NCBI GenBank assembly: GCA_944385785.1
Contig: CALWYO010000032.1
Location: 1-59,126 of the forward strand
Source: an uncultured Oscillospiraceae bacterium
GTDB taxonomy: Bacteria; Bacillota; Clostridia; Oscillospirales; Oscillospiraceae
DNA length: 59,126 bases
Direction of reading: 5' to 3'
Below, piece by piece: positions 16,100-25,096 of this stretch. Under the pieces are notes generated by a model that worked only from the letters and a program-made list of their open reading frames with translations, did not search any database and had not been told where the DNA came from. Position 1 is the stretch's first letter. Each line of letters starts with the position of its first letter. The position numbers and the translations under genes are program-made.

Positions 16100-17692
16100 T
16101 TACATCAGTGGAGCGATAATTTTCATAATGGCTCCAGCAGCCCGGATATACCATTTTTCGTGACGCACATCCTCCATGGTGATATTGTGACTTTTCAGCT
16201 GGGTATATTGGAAATCTGATTTTATATCTTCTATTGCCCCAGAGCCGTATAAAAATGCCGCGCATTCAAAGTGGTGATAGAGGCTCCTGTAATCCAGATT
16301 AATAGTGCCCACAACGGCTTTTATATCATCAGAGAGAAACACTTTGGCGTGGATAAACCCAGGGGTATATTCATATATCTTTACACCGCTGGAGATAAGT
16401 TCTTTATAATGAGTTTTGGCTAAAATGAATGCGTATTTTTTATCTGGAATATGGGGAAGTATAATTCTTACGTCTATGCTTCGTTTAGCTGCAAAAGTGA
16501 GAGCAGTAACCAGTTCGTTGTCAAGTATAAGGTATGGCGACATAATATAGACGTAGTCTTTTGCCTGATTTATTATGTTTAGGTAAACCATTTCACCGAC
16601 TTTTTCGCTGTCCATGGGGCTGTCGGCATAGGGAATTACATAGCCAGACGCAGGCTGGGAAATAACTTCAGGCGGAACAAGATACTGCTCATAAGAGCGG
16701 TGATATTCAGTGGCATTCCACATTTGCAAAAACATCAGTGTGAAACTTCGGACCGCATCTCCTTTAAGCATTATTGCCGTGTCTTTCCAATGTCCGAAGC
16801 GAACTTTTTCGTTAATATACTCGTCAGCGAGATTTATACCGCCAGTAAAAGCTGTATGCCCATCGATCACAACAATCTTTCTGTGATCTCTGTTATTGTA
16901 GTGGGTTGAAACAAATGGCCTTATGGGTGAAAAAACTTTACATTTGATCCCATATGATCTGAGGGTCTTCGGGTAACTGTAAGGCAAATTTGAAAAGGAA
17001 CAGGTGCCGTCGTACATGAAACGGACTTCCACACCTTCTTTGACTTTACGCCTTAAAGTCTCCAGAACGCTTCCCCACATACGGCCTTCCGAGACAATAA
17101 AATACTCCATAAATATGAACTTTTCGGCTTTTTCAAGTTCTATAAGTAAATCTTCAAACTTTGCCTCGCCTAAAGGATAATACTTTACGCGCGTATTCGT
17201 ATATGCCGAAAAGCTGCCGTTATTTTTCAGATATTTGGCAAGCCGATATATATCTCGGTTCTCTCGCTTAAGCTGGTCCATTAACTCTGTCTGTGGAGGA
17301 AAAAGCCTTGCTGTTTCCTGCTGTGTTCTAATTAATGAATGCTGCACAGCTCTGTGGCCAATATCCAATTTAATGAAAACGTACAAAAGGGAGCCAAAAA
17401 CAGGCGACAGCGCGATGAGCACGCACCATGTGAGCTTTACGGTCGGATCGTGCTTTGTGTTCAGCATGTATATGAGCATTAAGAGAGTTACAACTGTAGA
17501 ACCGCCGAAGTACAGGTGCATGCGCCTTCCAAGCCAATCTATACCCCAGACCATAAGACCGATCTGCAAAGCTAAAAGGAGGATTATTATTCCAGTTCGG
17601 CCGGTTATAATGTTGAGAAAACCTTTTTTGCCGCTCTTAATTATGTTGTTTAGCTGCTCATGTTCCTGCACGAATTGTTTTGGATTGGACAT
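16100..17692 (-). CDS. cls: Cardiolipin synthase
   Basis: Two N-terminal TM segments and two HKD motifs (HRKIVVIDGHTAFTGGINL and HAKVFLSDD..VGTINLD). GGAGGG RBS. Confidence 0.9.
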   Translation of the reverse strand: MSNPKQFVQEHEQLNNIIKSGKKGFLNIITGRTGIIILLLALQIGLMVWGIDWLGRRMHLYFGGSTVVTLLMLIYMLNTKHDPTVKLTWCVLIALSPVFGSLLYVFIKLDIGHRAVQHSLIRTQQETARLFPPQTELMDQLKRENRDIYRLAKYLKNNGSFSAYTNTRVKYYPLGEAKFEDLLIELEKAEKFIFMEYFIVSEGRMWGSVLETLRRKVKEGVEVRFMYDGTCSFSNLPYSYPKTLRSYGIKCKVFSPIRPFVSTHYNNRDHRKIVVIDGHTAFTGGINLADEYINEKVRFGHWKDTAIMLKGDAVRSFTLMFLQMWNATEYHRSYEQYLVPPEVISQPASGYVIPYADSPMDSEKVGEMVYLNIINQAKDYVYIMSPYLILDNELVTALTFAAKRSIDVRIILPHIPDKKYAFILAKTHYKELISSGVKIYEYTPGFIHAKVFLSDDIKAVVGTINLDYRSLYHHFECAAFLYGSGAIEDIKSDFQYTQLKSHNITMEDVRHEKWYIRAAGAIMKIIAPLM

Positions 17693-17747
17693 TTGACCCT
17701 CCGCCAGATAGTTTACCCCATTTCATTTTGCTTTGGCTAATAGATAT

Positions 17748-17776
17748 ATTATACAGCCTTCCAACAGGGATGTCCA
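17748..17776 (-). promoter_or_regulatory. Candidate cls promoter (TGGACA-17-TATAAT with an upstream TG)
   Basis: The minus strand reads TGGACA tccctgttggaaggctg TATAAT, about 55 nt upstream of the cls ATG and downstream of the 17801-17849 terminator. Confidence 0.55.
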
Positions 17777-17800
17777 TATTTCGAATACAGGTGGAAGAAG

Positions 17801-17849
17801 AGAAAAACAATTGGCTTGGGCGCAGTCCGCCTTTTGGACTGCGCCCAAG
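17801..17849 (-). terminator. Strong minus-strand intrinsic terminator with no annotated gene upstream of it
   Basis: A 14-bp perfect stem, cttgggcgcagtcc/ggactgcgcccaag, followed on the minus strand by CCAATTGTTTTTCT. Confidence 0.7.
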
Positions 17850-18195
17850 TAATAAGTGTATTATGTATATCCGATGACTTTTCGATAAGTGCGCTCCCGT
17901 CGGCATATCCGCAGCTTTTGCCACGGCATCGGTACGCATTTGATCAGCGGATAAGACGTTTGCCGCCGGTTACCGGTGAAACACCGGCGGCTTGGTGTCC
18001 AAAACCTCTGTAAACCACGCTTATAATATACACCTGATGATCTGCGAAAAACTGAAAATTTTGATAAAAAGCTGTGAATAATCTGTTAATTAACTGGAGT
18101 TTTTGTGCAATTTTAAAAGTGAAAAGTATAGCAGATGACGTATATGAACTCGCGTGGTTATGAATTCTTTTAGACAGCAAATCGAAAAATTAATC

Positions 18196-18502
18196 TTGAC
18201 AACTTCAGGGATTTAGTGTAATATACTGCACATAAAGCGATGACTGGAAAATAGTAAGCAGGCGGAGCTATCAGAGAGCTGCCGGACGGTGAGAGGCAGT
18301 TAGGGAATCCTGCTGAATACATTCCAAGAGCTCTGTACTGAAAGGTTCTGATTCTGAGTAGGCTGCAGCGGAGTCGCCCGTTAAAGCGATAGGACATCGC
18401 GTATGCGGTGCCCGAAAAGGCCTGTGCTGTAAAGTATAGGCGAATTGAGGTGGTACCACGGTCATCTGATCGTCCTCTGCAAATGCAGAGGGCTTTTATT
18501 TT
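18196..18502 (+). promoter_or_regulatory. T-box riboswitch leader with a Tyr (UAC) specifier, including promoter and terminator
   Basis: Promoter TTGACA-17-TAATAT (18196-18224). Stem I has AGUA / GAA-UAC-A specifier-loop elements (UAC at 18318-18320), AGAGA and GGUGAGA distal motifs. The T-box sequence AAUUGAGGUGGUACCACGG lies at 18443-18461. The terminator is cctctgc-aaat-gcagagg followed by CTTTTATTTT (18472-18502). Confidence 0.85.
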
Positions 18503-18537
18503 GCCATTTGGCCCTCTGGAAAGAAGGGAGAAACATT

Positions 18538-20121
18538 ATGGCAGTTAAACTTATTTTTATCATCGTCTTTTTTGCTATCATGGTAGCCGTTGGCTTGATA
18601 TGCAGAAAGCATAGCAAAGATGTGGAAGGCTTTGTGCTGGGCGGAAGATCTGTTGGGCCGTGGCTCACCGCTTTTGCCTTTGGGACATCGTACTTTTCTG
18701 CAGTTATTTTTGTCGGATATGCAGGGCAATTCGGATGGAATTTTGGTGTTGCATCCACATGGATAGGCTTGGGAAACGCCTTTATCGGCTCTCTTCTTGC
18801 CTGGGTTGTGCTGGGCCGCAGAACGAGAATAATGACTCAGCACATTGGCTCCAGGACTATGCCTGATTTTTTTGGAAGGCGATTTGACAGTCAGAAACTT
18901 GGTGTTGCCGCTTCAGCGATAACTTTTATCTTCCTAATACCCTATACGGCCTCCCTTTATAATGGACTTTCGCGACTTTTTGAGATGGCATTTAATATTG
19001 ATTATGCCTATTGCGTTATAGTGATGGCCGTTCTCACGGGAGTCTACGTAATTGTCGGTGGATATATGGCCACTGCTGTAAACGACTTTATACAGGGAAT
19101 AATAATGCTCTTTGGAATAGTAGCTGTAATTCTTGCGGTGCTCTCGCAAAATGGCGGCTTTATGGGGTCACTGGAGGCGCTGTCTCAGGTAGAAGGGTCC
19201 ATGCCTGGCGTATACGCTTCCTTCTTTGGCCCGGAGCCGGCTTACCTTTTAGTTGTAGTGTTGCTTACTTCCCTGGGCACATGGGGGCTTCCCCAGATGG
19301 TTGGTAAATTTTACGCGATAAAGGACGAGGGATCGATAAAAAAAGGCGCTATTATATCTACTCTGTTTGCCATTGTTGTGGCCGGCGGATGTTATTTCCT
19401 GGGCGGATTTGGACGTATATTTACTACCCAGGAGCAGGTTACGGCCAATGGATACGACAGCATCATTCCAACTATGCTTTCATCTCTGCCGGATGTTATA
19501 ATTGCTATTGTACTTATTTTGGTGCTTTCGGCATCCATGTCGACTCTGTCGTCTCTTGTACTCACATCCTCATCAACGCTTACGCTGGATATGATTGTGC
19601 CGCTTAAAAAGAAAAATATGAGTGAAAAAAGCAAAATGAGCACGATGCGTGTGTTTATTGCCTTCTTTATTGTTGTGTCAGCTGTTATCGCCATTGTTCA
19701 GGCTAAGTCAAATGTGACTTTTATAGCACAGCTTATGGGAATATCCTGGGGAGCTCTTGCCGGTGCGTTTCTGGCGCCATTTCTATACGGACTTTTTTGG
19801 AAAGGGACAACCAAGGTTTCGGTTGCCGTCAGTTTTCTCTTTGGATGCTGCCTTATGACCGCTCAGCTGGCAATATCCCTGGGATGGCTGCCAGCGCCCT
19901 CGGGAATTCTCGGGGCAGTGTTCCAAAATTCCCTTTACAGCGGAGTCTTTGCTATGCTTAGCGGCCTTTTGATAGTGCCGGTAGTAAGTGTATTGACAAA
20001 GTCTAAAATACCCGAGAATGTGGACAGATATTTTGAATGTTATGATGCGCCAGTTGAAGTTAGAGCGTCAGTCTCCCTTGGCCAGAATAAAAGAACGAGT
20101 AAATCGAAAAAAAAGAGATAA
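18538..20121 (+). CDS. Sodium:solute symporter (SSF) family transporter, predicted tyrosine-regulated
   Basis: About 13 TM segments. The N-terminus ..GFVLGGRSVGPWLTAFAFGTSYFSAVIFVGYAGQ.. is SSF-like. The ATG at 18538 has RBS GAAGGGAG. The ORF-track start at 18445 lies inside the T-box leader. Confidence 0.8.
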   Translation: MAVKLIFIIVFFAIMVAVGLICRKHSKDVEGFVLGGRSVGPWLTAFAFGTSYFSAVIFVGYAGQFGWNFGVASTWIGLGNAFIGSLLAWVVLGRRTRIMTQHIGSRTMPDFFGRRFDSQKLGVAASAITFIFLIPYTASLYNGLSRLFEMAFNIDYAYCVIVMAVLTGVYVIVGGYMATAVNDFIQGIIMLFGIVAVILAVLSQNGGFMGSLEALSQVEGSMPGVYASFFGPEPAYLLVVVLLTSLGTWGLPQMVGKFYAIKDEGSIKKGAIISTLFAIVVAGGCYFLGGFGRIFTTQEQVTANGYDSIIPTMLSSLPDVIIAIVLILVLSASMSTLSSLVLTSSSTLTLDMIVPLKKKNMSEKSKMSTMRVFIAFFIVVSAVIAIVQAKSNVTFIAQLMGISWGALAGAFLAPFLYGLFWKGTTKVSVAVSFLFGCCLMTAQLAISLGWLPAPSGILGAVFQNSLYSGVFAMLSGLLIVPVVSVLTKSKIPENVDRYFECYDAPVEVRASVSLGQNKRTSKSKKKR

Positions 20122-20145
20122 TAATGTTTGTAAAATACATGGTGA

Positions 20146-20181
20146 AAAAGTCCGCGCAGTTTTTAACTGCGCGGACTTTTT
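20146..20181 (+). terminator. Intrinsic terminator of the SSF transporter gene
   Basis: aaaaagtccgcgcagt-tttta-actgcgcggacttttt. Confidence 0.8.
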
Positions 20182-20351
20182 CATACTGATACAGATAAAA
20201 ATCTGATGCGACAAGAACTGCTTATTGTATAATTTTTTAGAAGATGCACAAAAGTGAAGTTATACACAGATTGAAATGACAAATTATTTATGATATCCTT
20301 ATATTCCGCAAGCTGAAATATAAGTGTGTGTTGCGTTCCATGGAGGTTTTT

Positions 20352-22727
20352 ATGGAATTATATGAAAAATCTCAGCAGACTCTTGAACTGCCTGCCGTAC
20401 TTGAATTGCTGGCAGCTCAGGCAGTAAGTGACGGGGCAAAGGCGGCTGCGCTTGCATTAAGGCCGTCAAACGACCGTGTTCAGGTAGAGAAGAGATTAAA
20501 TGAGACTACTGACGCCCAGGAGATGATGGTGCTCTGTGGAAGTCCGTCTTTCACAGGAGTAAAGGATGTATCCGGCTCTTTAAAGAGGGCTGGAGCAGGC
20601 GGTATGCTCAATACCAGGGAGCTTTTGGAGATAGCTGGAGTCCTTAGAGCGGCAAGATCTGTTGAGAACTATGCTTCGGGAGACACTGCTGGAGGACGCA
20701 GCATAGGATATCTGTTTTCATCAATAAGGGGAAACAAATATCTGGAGGAAAAGATAACAAATAGTATAATAGGGGAAAACGAGCTGTCCGATTCTGCGAG
20801 CCCTGAGCTGGCAGATATAAGGCGGGCTATGCGCGTGGCTGGAGAAAAAGTGCGCCAGGCGCTGCAAAAGATTGTATCGTCACCCTCCTACGCCAAGGTT
20901 TTACAGGAGCCAATAATAACCGTTAAAAACGGGAGATACGTGGTACCTGTAAAAGCTGAACATAAAAATGCAGTGCCAGGACTTACCCATGATATATCGG
21001 CTTCTGGGGCTACATTGTTTATTGAACCAATGTCAGCGGTAAAAGCTAATAATGAGATACGTGAACTTGTTGCCCGTGAAGAGAGAGAGATAGACAGAAT
21101 ACTGATGGAACTCTCGGCTGAGACCGCTGAGTTTTCAGACAATATTGTACTTGATTATAACGTACTTACTGCACTCGACCTTATTTTTGCCAAAGCGAAA
21201 CTGGCATATGTGATGAATGCGGTAAGACCGGAGATTGCTGAACACGGATACAAGGTATCTCTAAAAAAGGCAAGGCATCCGCTATTAAAAGCTGGAACGG
21301 CAGTCCCGATAGATATAGGCGTTGGAGATGGTTATAATACCCTTGTTATAACCGGACCGAATACAGGCGGAAAAACTGTGAGCCTTAAAACGCTTGGACT
21401 CCTTTGCCTGATGGCGGCGTGCGGACTCCACATACCGGCGGGGGACGGAAGCAGCGTACCGGTATTTAAAAAAGTATTGTCAGACATTGGCGATGAACAG
21501 TCAATTGAACAGTCCCTGTCCACATTTTCTTCGCATATGACAAATATTGTGGGCATACTTAAAGAGTGTGAAGAGGGAACTCTTGTATTACTTGATGAAC
21601 TTGGTGCAGGTACCGATCCGGCGGAAGGTGCTGCGCTGGCGGTTGCCATTATTGAGTATCTGCGTTCTCAGGGATCTTTGGTTGTCGCGACTACCCACTA
21701 TGCGGAGCTTAAGATCTATGCCATGACGGCTGCGGGCGTTATGAACGCCTCGTGTGAGTTCGATGTGGCTACATTAAAACCGACATACAGACTGCTGATC
21801 GGAGTGCCTGGAAAATCCAATGCATTTGCGATTTCGCAGCGTCTTGGATTGCCCGAGAATATTATTCAGGATGCAAGGCACCGCCTTGACTCAGATGATA
21901 TAGAGTTTGAAGAGGCTTTGACACGGTTGGAAGAAGACAGAAAAAGCTCCCAGCAGAAAAGTTCCGAGCTTGAAGCTCTGCTTAAAAAGGCCAGGGAGGA
22001 CGCAGAAGAAGCTGAGAAACTCAGGCGTGATGCTGAAGATGCAAGGGTAAATCAGACAAGGAATGCCAGGCGTGAAGCCGAACGCATCATTGAAGAGGCC
22101 AGAAATGCAGCAGATGAAGCGTTTAGAGAGATAGACAGACTCAGAAAGCGCGCCGCATCGGATAGAGACTGGCAAAGAATAAACGACGCCAGAAGTCAGA
22201 TGAGAAATGCACTAAATCGAGCTGAGGAGCGTATAGGGCCGTCAGATGTCAGCCAGAAGAAAGCACCCGTAGCCACAAGAGCGGCAAAAGCCGGAGATAT
22301 AGTGGAAATACTGTCCATAGGAACTAAAGCTCAGGTGATATCGGCTTCAAGCGATGGAACACTTCAGCTCCAGGCGGGTATAATGAAAGTATCCGCAAAG
22401 CAGGATGAAGTTCGTGTTATTGAGGGAGAAAAACCAAAGACGGTAGAGAAAGGCTCAATAGCCGTCCCTATGTCCTCTGAAGCGGCAAAGTCTGAATTGG
22501 ATCTTCGCGGGATGACTGCTGCTGAGGCGGTAGACACATTGGAGAGATTTATAGATGCGGCGCAGATGAGGCACATAAATACTGTTACAATCATTCACGG
22601 GAAAGGCACCGGTGCTCTCCGTCAGGCTGTCCAACAGTGTCTTAAACGTAGTCATCAAATAAAATCATATCGCCTCGGAAGGTTTGGTGAAGGAGAAAGT
22701 GGCGTAACGATAGCGGAAATCAAATGA
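20352..22727 (+). CDS. mutS2: Endonuclease MutS2 (MutS domains plus a C-terminal Smr domain)
   Basis: Walker A ITGPNTGGKTV, LLDELGAGTDP, a long coiled-coil linker and the Smr domain LDLRGMTAAEA..IIHGKGTGALR. The start was chosen at MELYEK (GGAGG 5 nt upstream). Confidence 0.9.
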   Translation: MELYEKSQQTLELPAVLELLAAQAVSDGAKAAALALRPSNDRVQVEKRLNETTDAQEMMVLCGSPSFTGVKDVSGSLKRAGAGGMLNTRELLEIAGVLRAARSVENYASGDTAGGRSIGYLFSSIRGNKYLEEKITNSIIGENELSDSASPELADIRRAMRVAGEKVRQALQKIVSSPSYAKVLQEPIITVKNGRYVVPVKAEHKNAVPGLTHDISASGATLFIEPMSAVKANNEIRELVAREEREIDRILMELSAETAEFSDNIVLDYNVLTALDLIFAKAKLAYVMNAVRPEIAEHGYKVSLKKARHPLLKAGTAVPIDIGVGDGYNTLVITGPNTGGKTVSLKTLGLLCLMAACGLHIPAGDGSSVPVFKKVLSDIGDEQSIEQSLSTFSSHMTNIVGILKECEEGTLVLLDELGAGTDPAEGAALAVAIIEYLRSQGSLVVATTHYAELKIYAMTAAGVMNASCEFDVATLKPTYRLLIGVPGKSNAFAISQRLGLPENIIQDARHRLDSDDIEFEEALTRLEEDRKSSQQKSSELEALLKKAREDAEEAEKLRRDAEDARVNQTRNARREAERIIEEARNAADEAFREIDRLRKRAASDRDWQRINDARSQMRNALNRAEERIGPSDVSQKKAPVATRAAKAGDIVEILSIGTKAQVISASSDGTLQLQAGIMKVSAKQDEVRVIEGEKPKTVEKGSIAVPMSSEAAKSELDLRGMTAAEAVDTLERFIDAAQMRHINTVTIIHGKGTGALRQAVQQCLKRSHQIKSYRLGRFGEGESGVTIAEIK

Positions 22728-22934
22728 CAGATTTTATCAATTTTCTTCATTTGTAACAAATTTAACGCGATATATTACAGCAATTTTCGTTTATTTCCCC
22801 AGATTATTCAATGTGATTATTTATTGACGATTGTAGAGACCTCTGATAAAATAATTGATATAATATTGGTGAACATAATGCAAAATGCAAGGCAGCAGCC
22901 AATATCGGCCGAGGTATTATAAGGAGGGGCATCA

Positions 22935-23198
22935 ATGTTTGTAAAAGAAGTCGTTGTCATGAATCAGGTTGGGCTGCGTGCACGGCCAGCCACTTTTTTC
23001 ACTCAGAAAGCCAATGAATTCAAGTGCAGCGTCTGGATTGAGAAGGATGAACGCAGAGTAAATGCTAAGAGTCTGTTGGGTGTGTTGTCGTTGGGTATTG
23101 TCAAGGGTATGTCTATAAACGTTGTTGCTGACGGAGAAGATGAGGAGCAGGCGGTTGAGACACTTTGCGACCTTATCTCCAAGGATTTTGCTGAATAA
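22935..23198 (+). CDS. HPr-family phosphocarrier-like protein lacking His15 (Arg15) but retaining Ser46 (Crh-like)
   Basis: MFVKEVVVMNQVGLRARPATFF..VNAKSLLGVLSLG. The canonical GLHARPA motif is GLRARPA here (CGT at 22977-22979). Ser46 (AGT at 23070-23072) sits in the KS context. GGAGG RBS. Confidence 0.85.
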   Translation: MFVKEVVVMNQVGLRARPATFFTQKANEFKCSVWIEKDERRVNAKSLLGVLSLGIVKGMSINVVADGEDEEQAVETLCDLISKDFAE

Positions 23199-23213
23199 GG
23201 TTTTAATTTTTTG

Positions 23214-23246
23214 AAAACGGCCTGTTTCAACGAAACAGGCCGTTTC
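23214..23246 (+). terminator. Intrinsic terminator after the HPr-like gene
   Basis: aaaacggcctgtttc-aacg-aaacaggccgttt. Confidence 0.75.
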
Positions 23247-23266
23247 ATTTCTCCGGAGGTGGACTT

Positions 23267-25090
23267 GTGATTGATAATTTAAGGGAAAAAGCTCTCGCTC
23301 TGCCGTTGAAACCGGGCGTGTATATTATGTATGATGCCGCGGGAACAGTTATATATGTTGGTAAAGCAAAAGCACTGAAAAACAGAGTAAGCAGCTATTT
23401 CCACGGCGCTCATAATCTTAAAACTGAGACTATGATATCCAAAATTGCGGATTTTTCAGTTATTATAGCATCTTCGGAGTTTGAAGCGCTGGTATTGGAG
23501 AATTCGCTGATTAAACATCATTCTCCAAAATACAACATCCTTTTGAAGGATGATAAAGGTTATCCTTTTGTCAGGCTCGATATAAAAAGCCAATATCCTC
23601 ATTTTTCCATTGCATCTAAACGGGAAAAAGACGGAGCAGAATATTTTGGACCATATGGCAGTAGAGGTGCGACTAAAGCTGCTGTAGATGCAGTATGTAA
23701 GTGTTTGAAGTTGCCAACTTGTTCAAAAAAATTTCCCAGGGACATAGGAAAAGAAAGACCATGTCTTAATTACCATATGGGGACATGCGACGGCTATTGC
23801 AGGCCAGAGGCCTCGGCAGAGAACTACAGGGCAGCTATAGATAAAGCGGTTATGATATTGCGTGGCCGCGGGCGGGAACTTGTGGAAGAACTGACCCGGG
23901 AGATGCAGGAGGCTGCGGAGAATCTGCGCTTTGAAGAGGCTGCGCGCCTGCGGGATATGGCAAATTCCATTACTGCCCTTGAGACACGCCAGCATGTCCT
24001 TTTGAAAGGCTCATCGGATACGGACGCCATTGGACTATATTCCGGTGAGGTTAAGAGTTGCTTCGCCGTGCTCCATTATGTTGAGGGGCAACTTTTAGGG
24101 AAGGACTCAGAGCTTATTGATGATCCGCTGGGTACGGGAGCCGGAGGAGAAGAACTCTCTGTGCTTGTGCGTCAGTTCTACGGCGGCAGAGAGGACGTGC
24201 CCAGGACAATTTTACTGCAGGAGGATACTGGGGATATAGAGGAACTTACAAAGTATTTATCTGAGCAGTGTGGACATCAGGTGGATGTTATAATACCTCA
24301 GAGAGGAAAGAACAGAGATTTTTTGCTGGCGGCTGTAGAAAATGCCAGAGAAGAGGTACGCAGATTGACTACAGCTGAGGAGAGGGTGACGAAGACCGCC
24401 CAATGGCTTATGGATACTCTGGAACTTGAGAAGCCGCCGGTTAGGATAGAGTCATTTGATATTTCCAACACTGGTAGCGATGACGTTGTGGCCTCAATGG
24501 TGGTGTTTGAAAAGGGGAAACCGTTAAAGAAAGCGTATAAAAAATTTAAGATAAAGACGATTGATGGTACTGACGATTACGGATCAATGAGAGAAGCGGT
24601 AGGGCGACGGTTTGCCAGATATATTCAAGGTGACGAGAGCTTTACTCCGCTGCCGGATGTGTTGTTTATAGACGGCGGAGCCGCCCATGCGGCTGCTGCA
24701 AAGGACGCGATGGAAAAGTGTGGAGTGAGTCTGCCGGTATTTGGAATGGTAAAGGATGATAGACACAGAACGAGAGCGCTTATCACACCGGAGGGGAGAG
24801 AAATTGGACTGTCTGGGTTTCCAGCTGCTTTTTCTTTTGTGGGCAGGATACAGGAGGAAACTCACAGATTTGCAATTGAGTTCCACAGGAGTTTGCGATC
24901 AAAAAGGGTGAAAGCCTCAAAACTGGATAACATACCGGGTGTAGGAGAAAAGAGAAAAGAAGAACTTTTACGCAAATTTAAAAGCATAAAAGCTATTGGT
25001 GCGGCGACGGTGGAGGAACTTAGCAAAGTGGTGCCAAAACCCACAGCTGAGGCGATTTTTAAGCATTTTCATGATAGAAATGGGGAATAA
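23267..25090 (+). CDS. uvrC: Excinuclease ABC subunit C
   Basis: GIY-YIG N-terminus (PGVYIMYDAAGTVIYVGKAKALKNRV), a UVR domain (LRFEEAARLRD), an RNase H-like endonuclease domain and a C-terminal (HhH)2. GTG start with a GGAGG RBS. Confidence 0.92.
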   Translation: MIDNLREKALALPLKPGVYIMYDAAGTVIYVGKAKALKNRVSSYFHGAHNLKTETMISKIADFSVIIASSEFEALVLENSLIKHHSPKYNILLKDDKGYPFVRLDIKSQYPHFSIASKREKDGAEYFGPYGSRGATKAAVDAVCKCLKLPTCSKKFPRDIGKERPCLNYHMGTCDGYCRPEASAENYRAAIDKAVMILRGRGRELVEELTREMQEAAENLRFEEAARLRDMANSITALETRQHVLLKGSSDTDAIGLYSGEVKSCFAVLHYVEGQLLGKDSELIDDPLGTGAGGEELSVLVRQFYGGREDVPRTILLQEDTGDIEELTKYLSEQCGHQVDVIIPQRGKNRDFLLAAVENAREEVRRLTTAEERVTKTAQWLMDTLELEKPPVRIESFDISNTGSDDVVASMVVFEKGKPLKKAYKKFKIKTIDGTDDYGSMREAVGRRFARYIQGDESFTPLPDVLFIDGGAAHAAAAKDAMEKCGVSLPVFGMVKDDRHRTRALITPEGREIGLSGFPAAFSFVGRIQEETHRFAIEFHRSLRSKRVKASKLDNIPGVGEKRKEELLRKFKSIKAIGAATVEELSKVVPKPTAEAIFKHFHDRNGE

Positions 25091-25096
25091 GTTCAG

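Noticed and set aside
16700-17696. Plus-strand ORFs (69 and 153 aa) inside cls
   Set aside because: They are antisense to a full-length cardiolipin synthase with both HKD motifs. No translation signals are present.
17658-18180. Minus-strand ORFs of 93 and 78 aa in the cls / T-box intergenic region
   Set aside because: The 93-aa ORF reads straight through a 14-bp terminator stem and the cls promoter into cls. The 78-aa ORF is low-complexity and has no SD. The region is treated as non-coding.
18271-18537. ORFs overlapping the T-box leader, including the 18445 start of the transporter ORF
   Set aside because: The sequence forms canonical T-box structures and a terminator. The transporter has a proper RBS and ATG at 18538.
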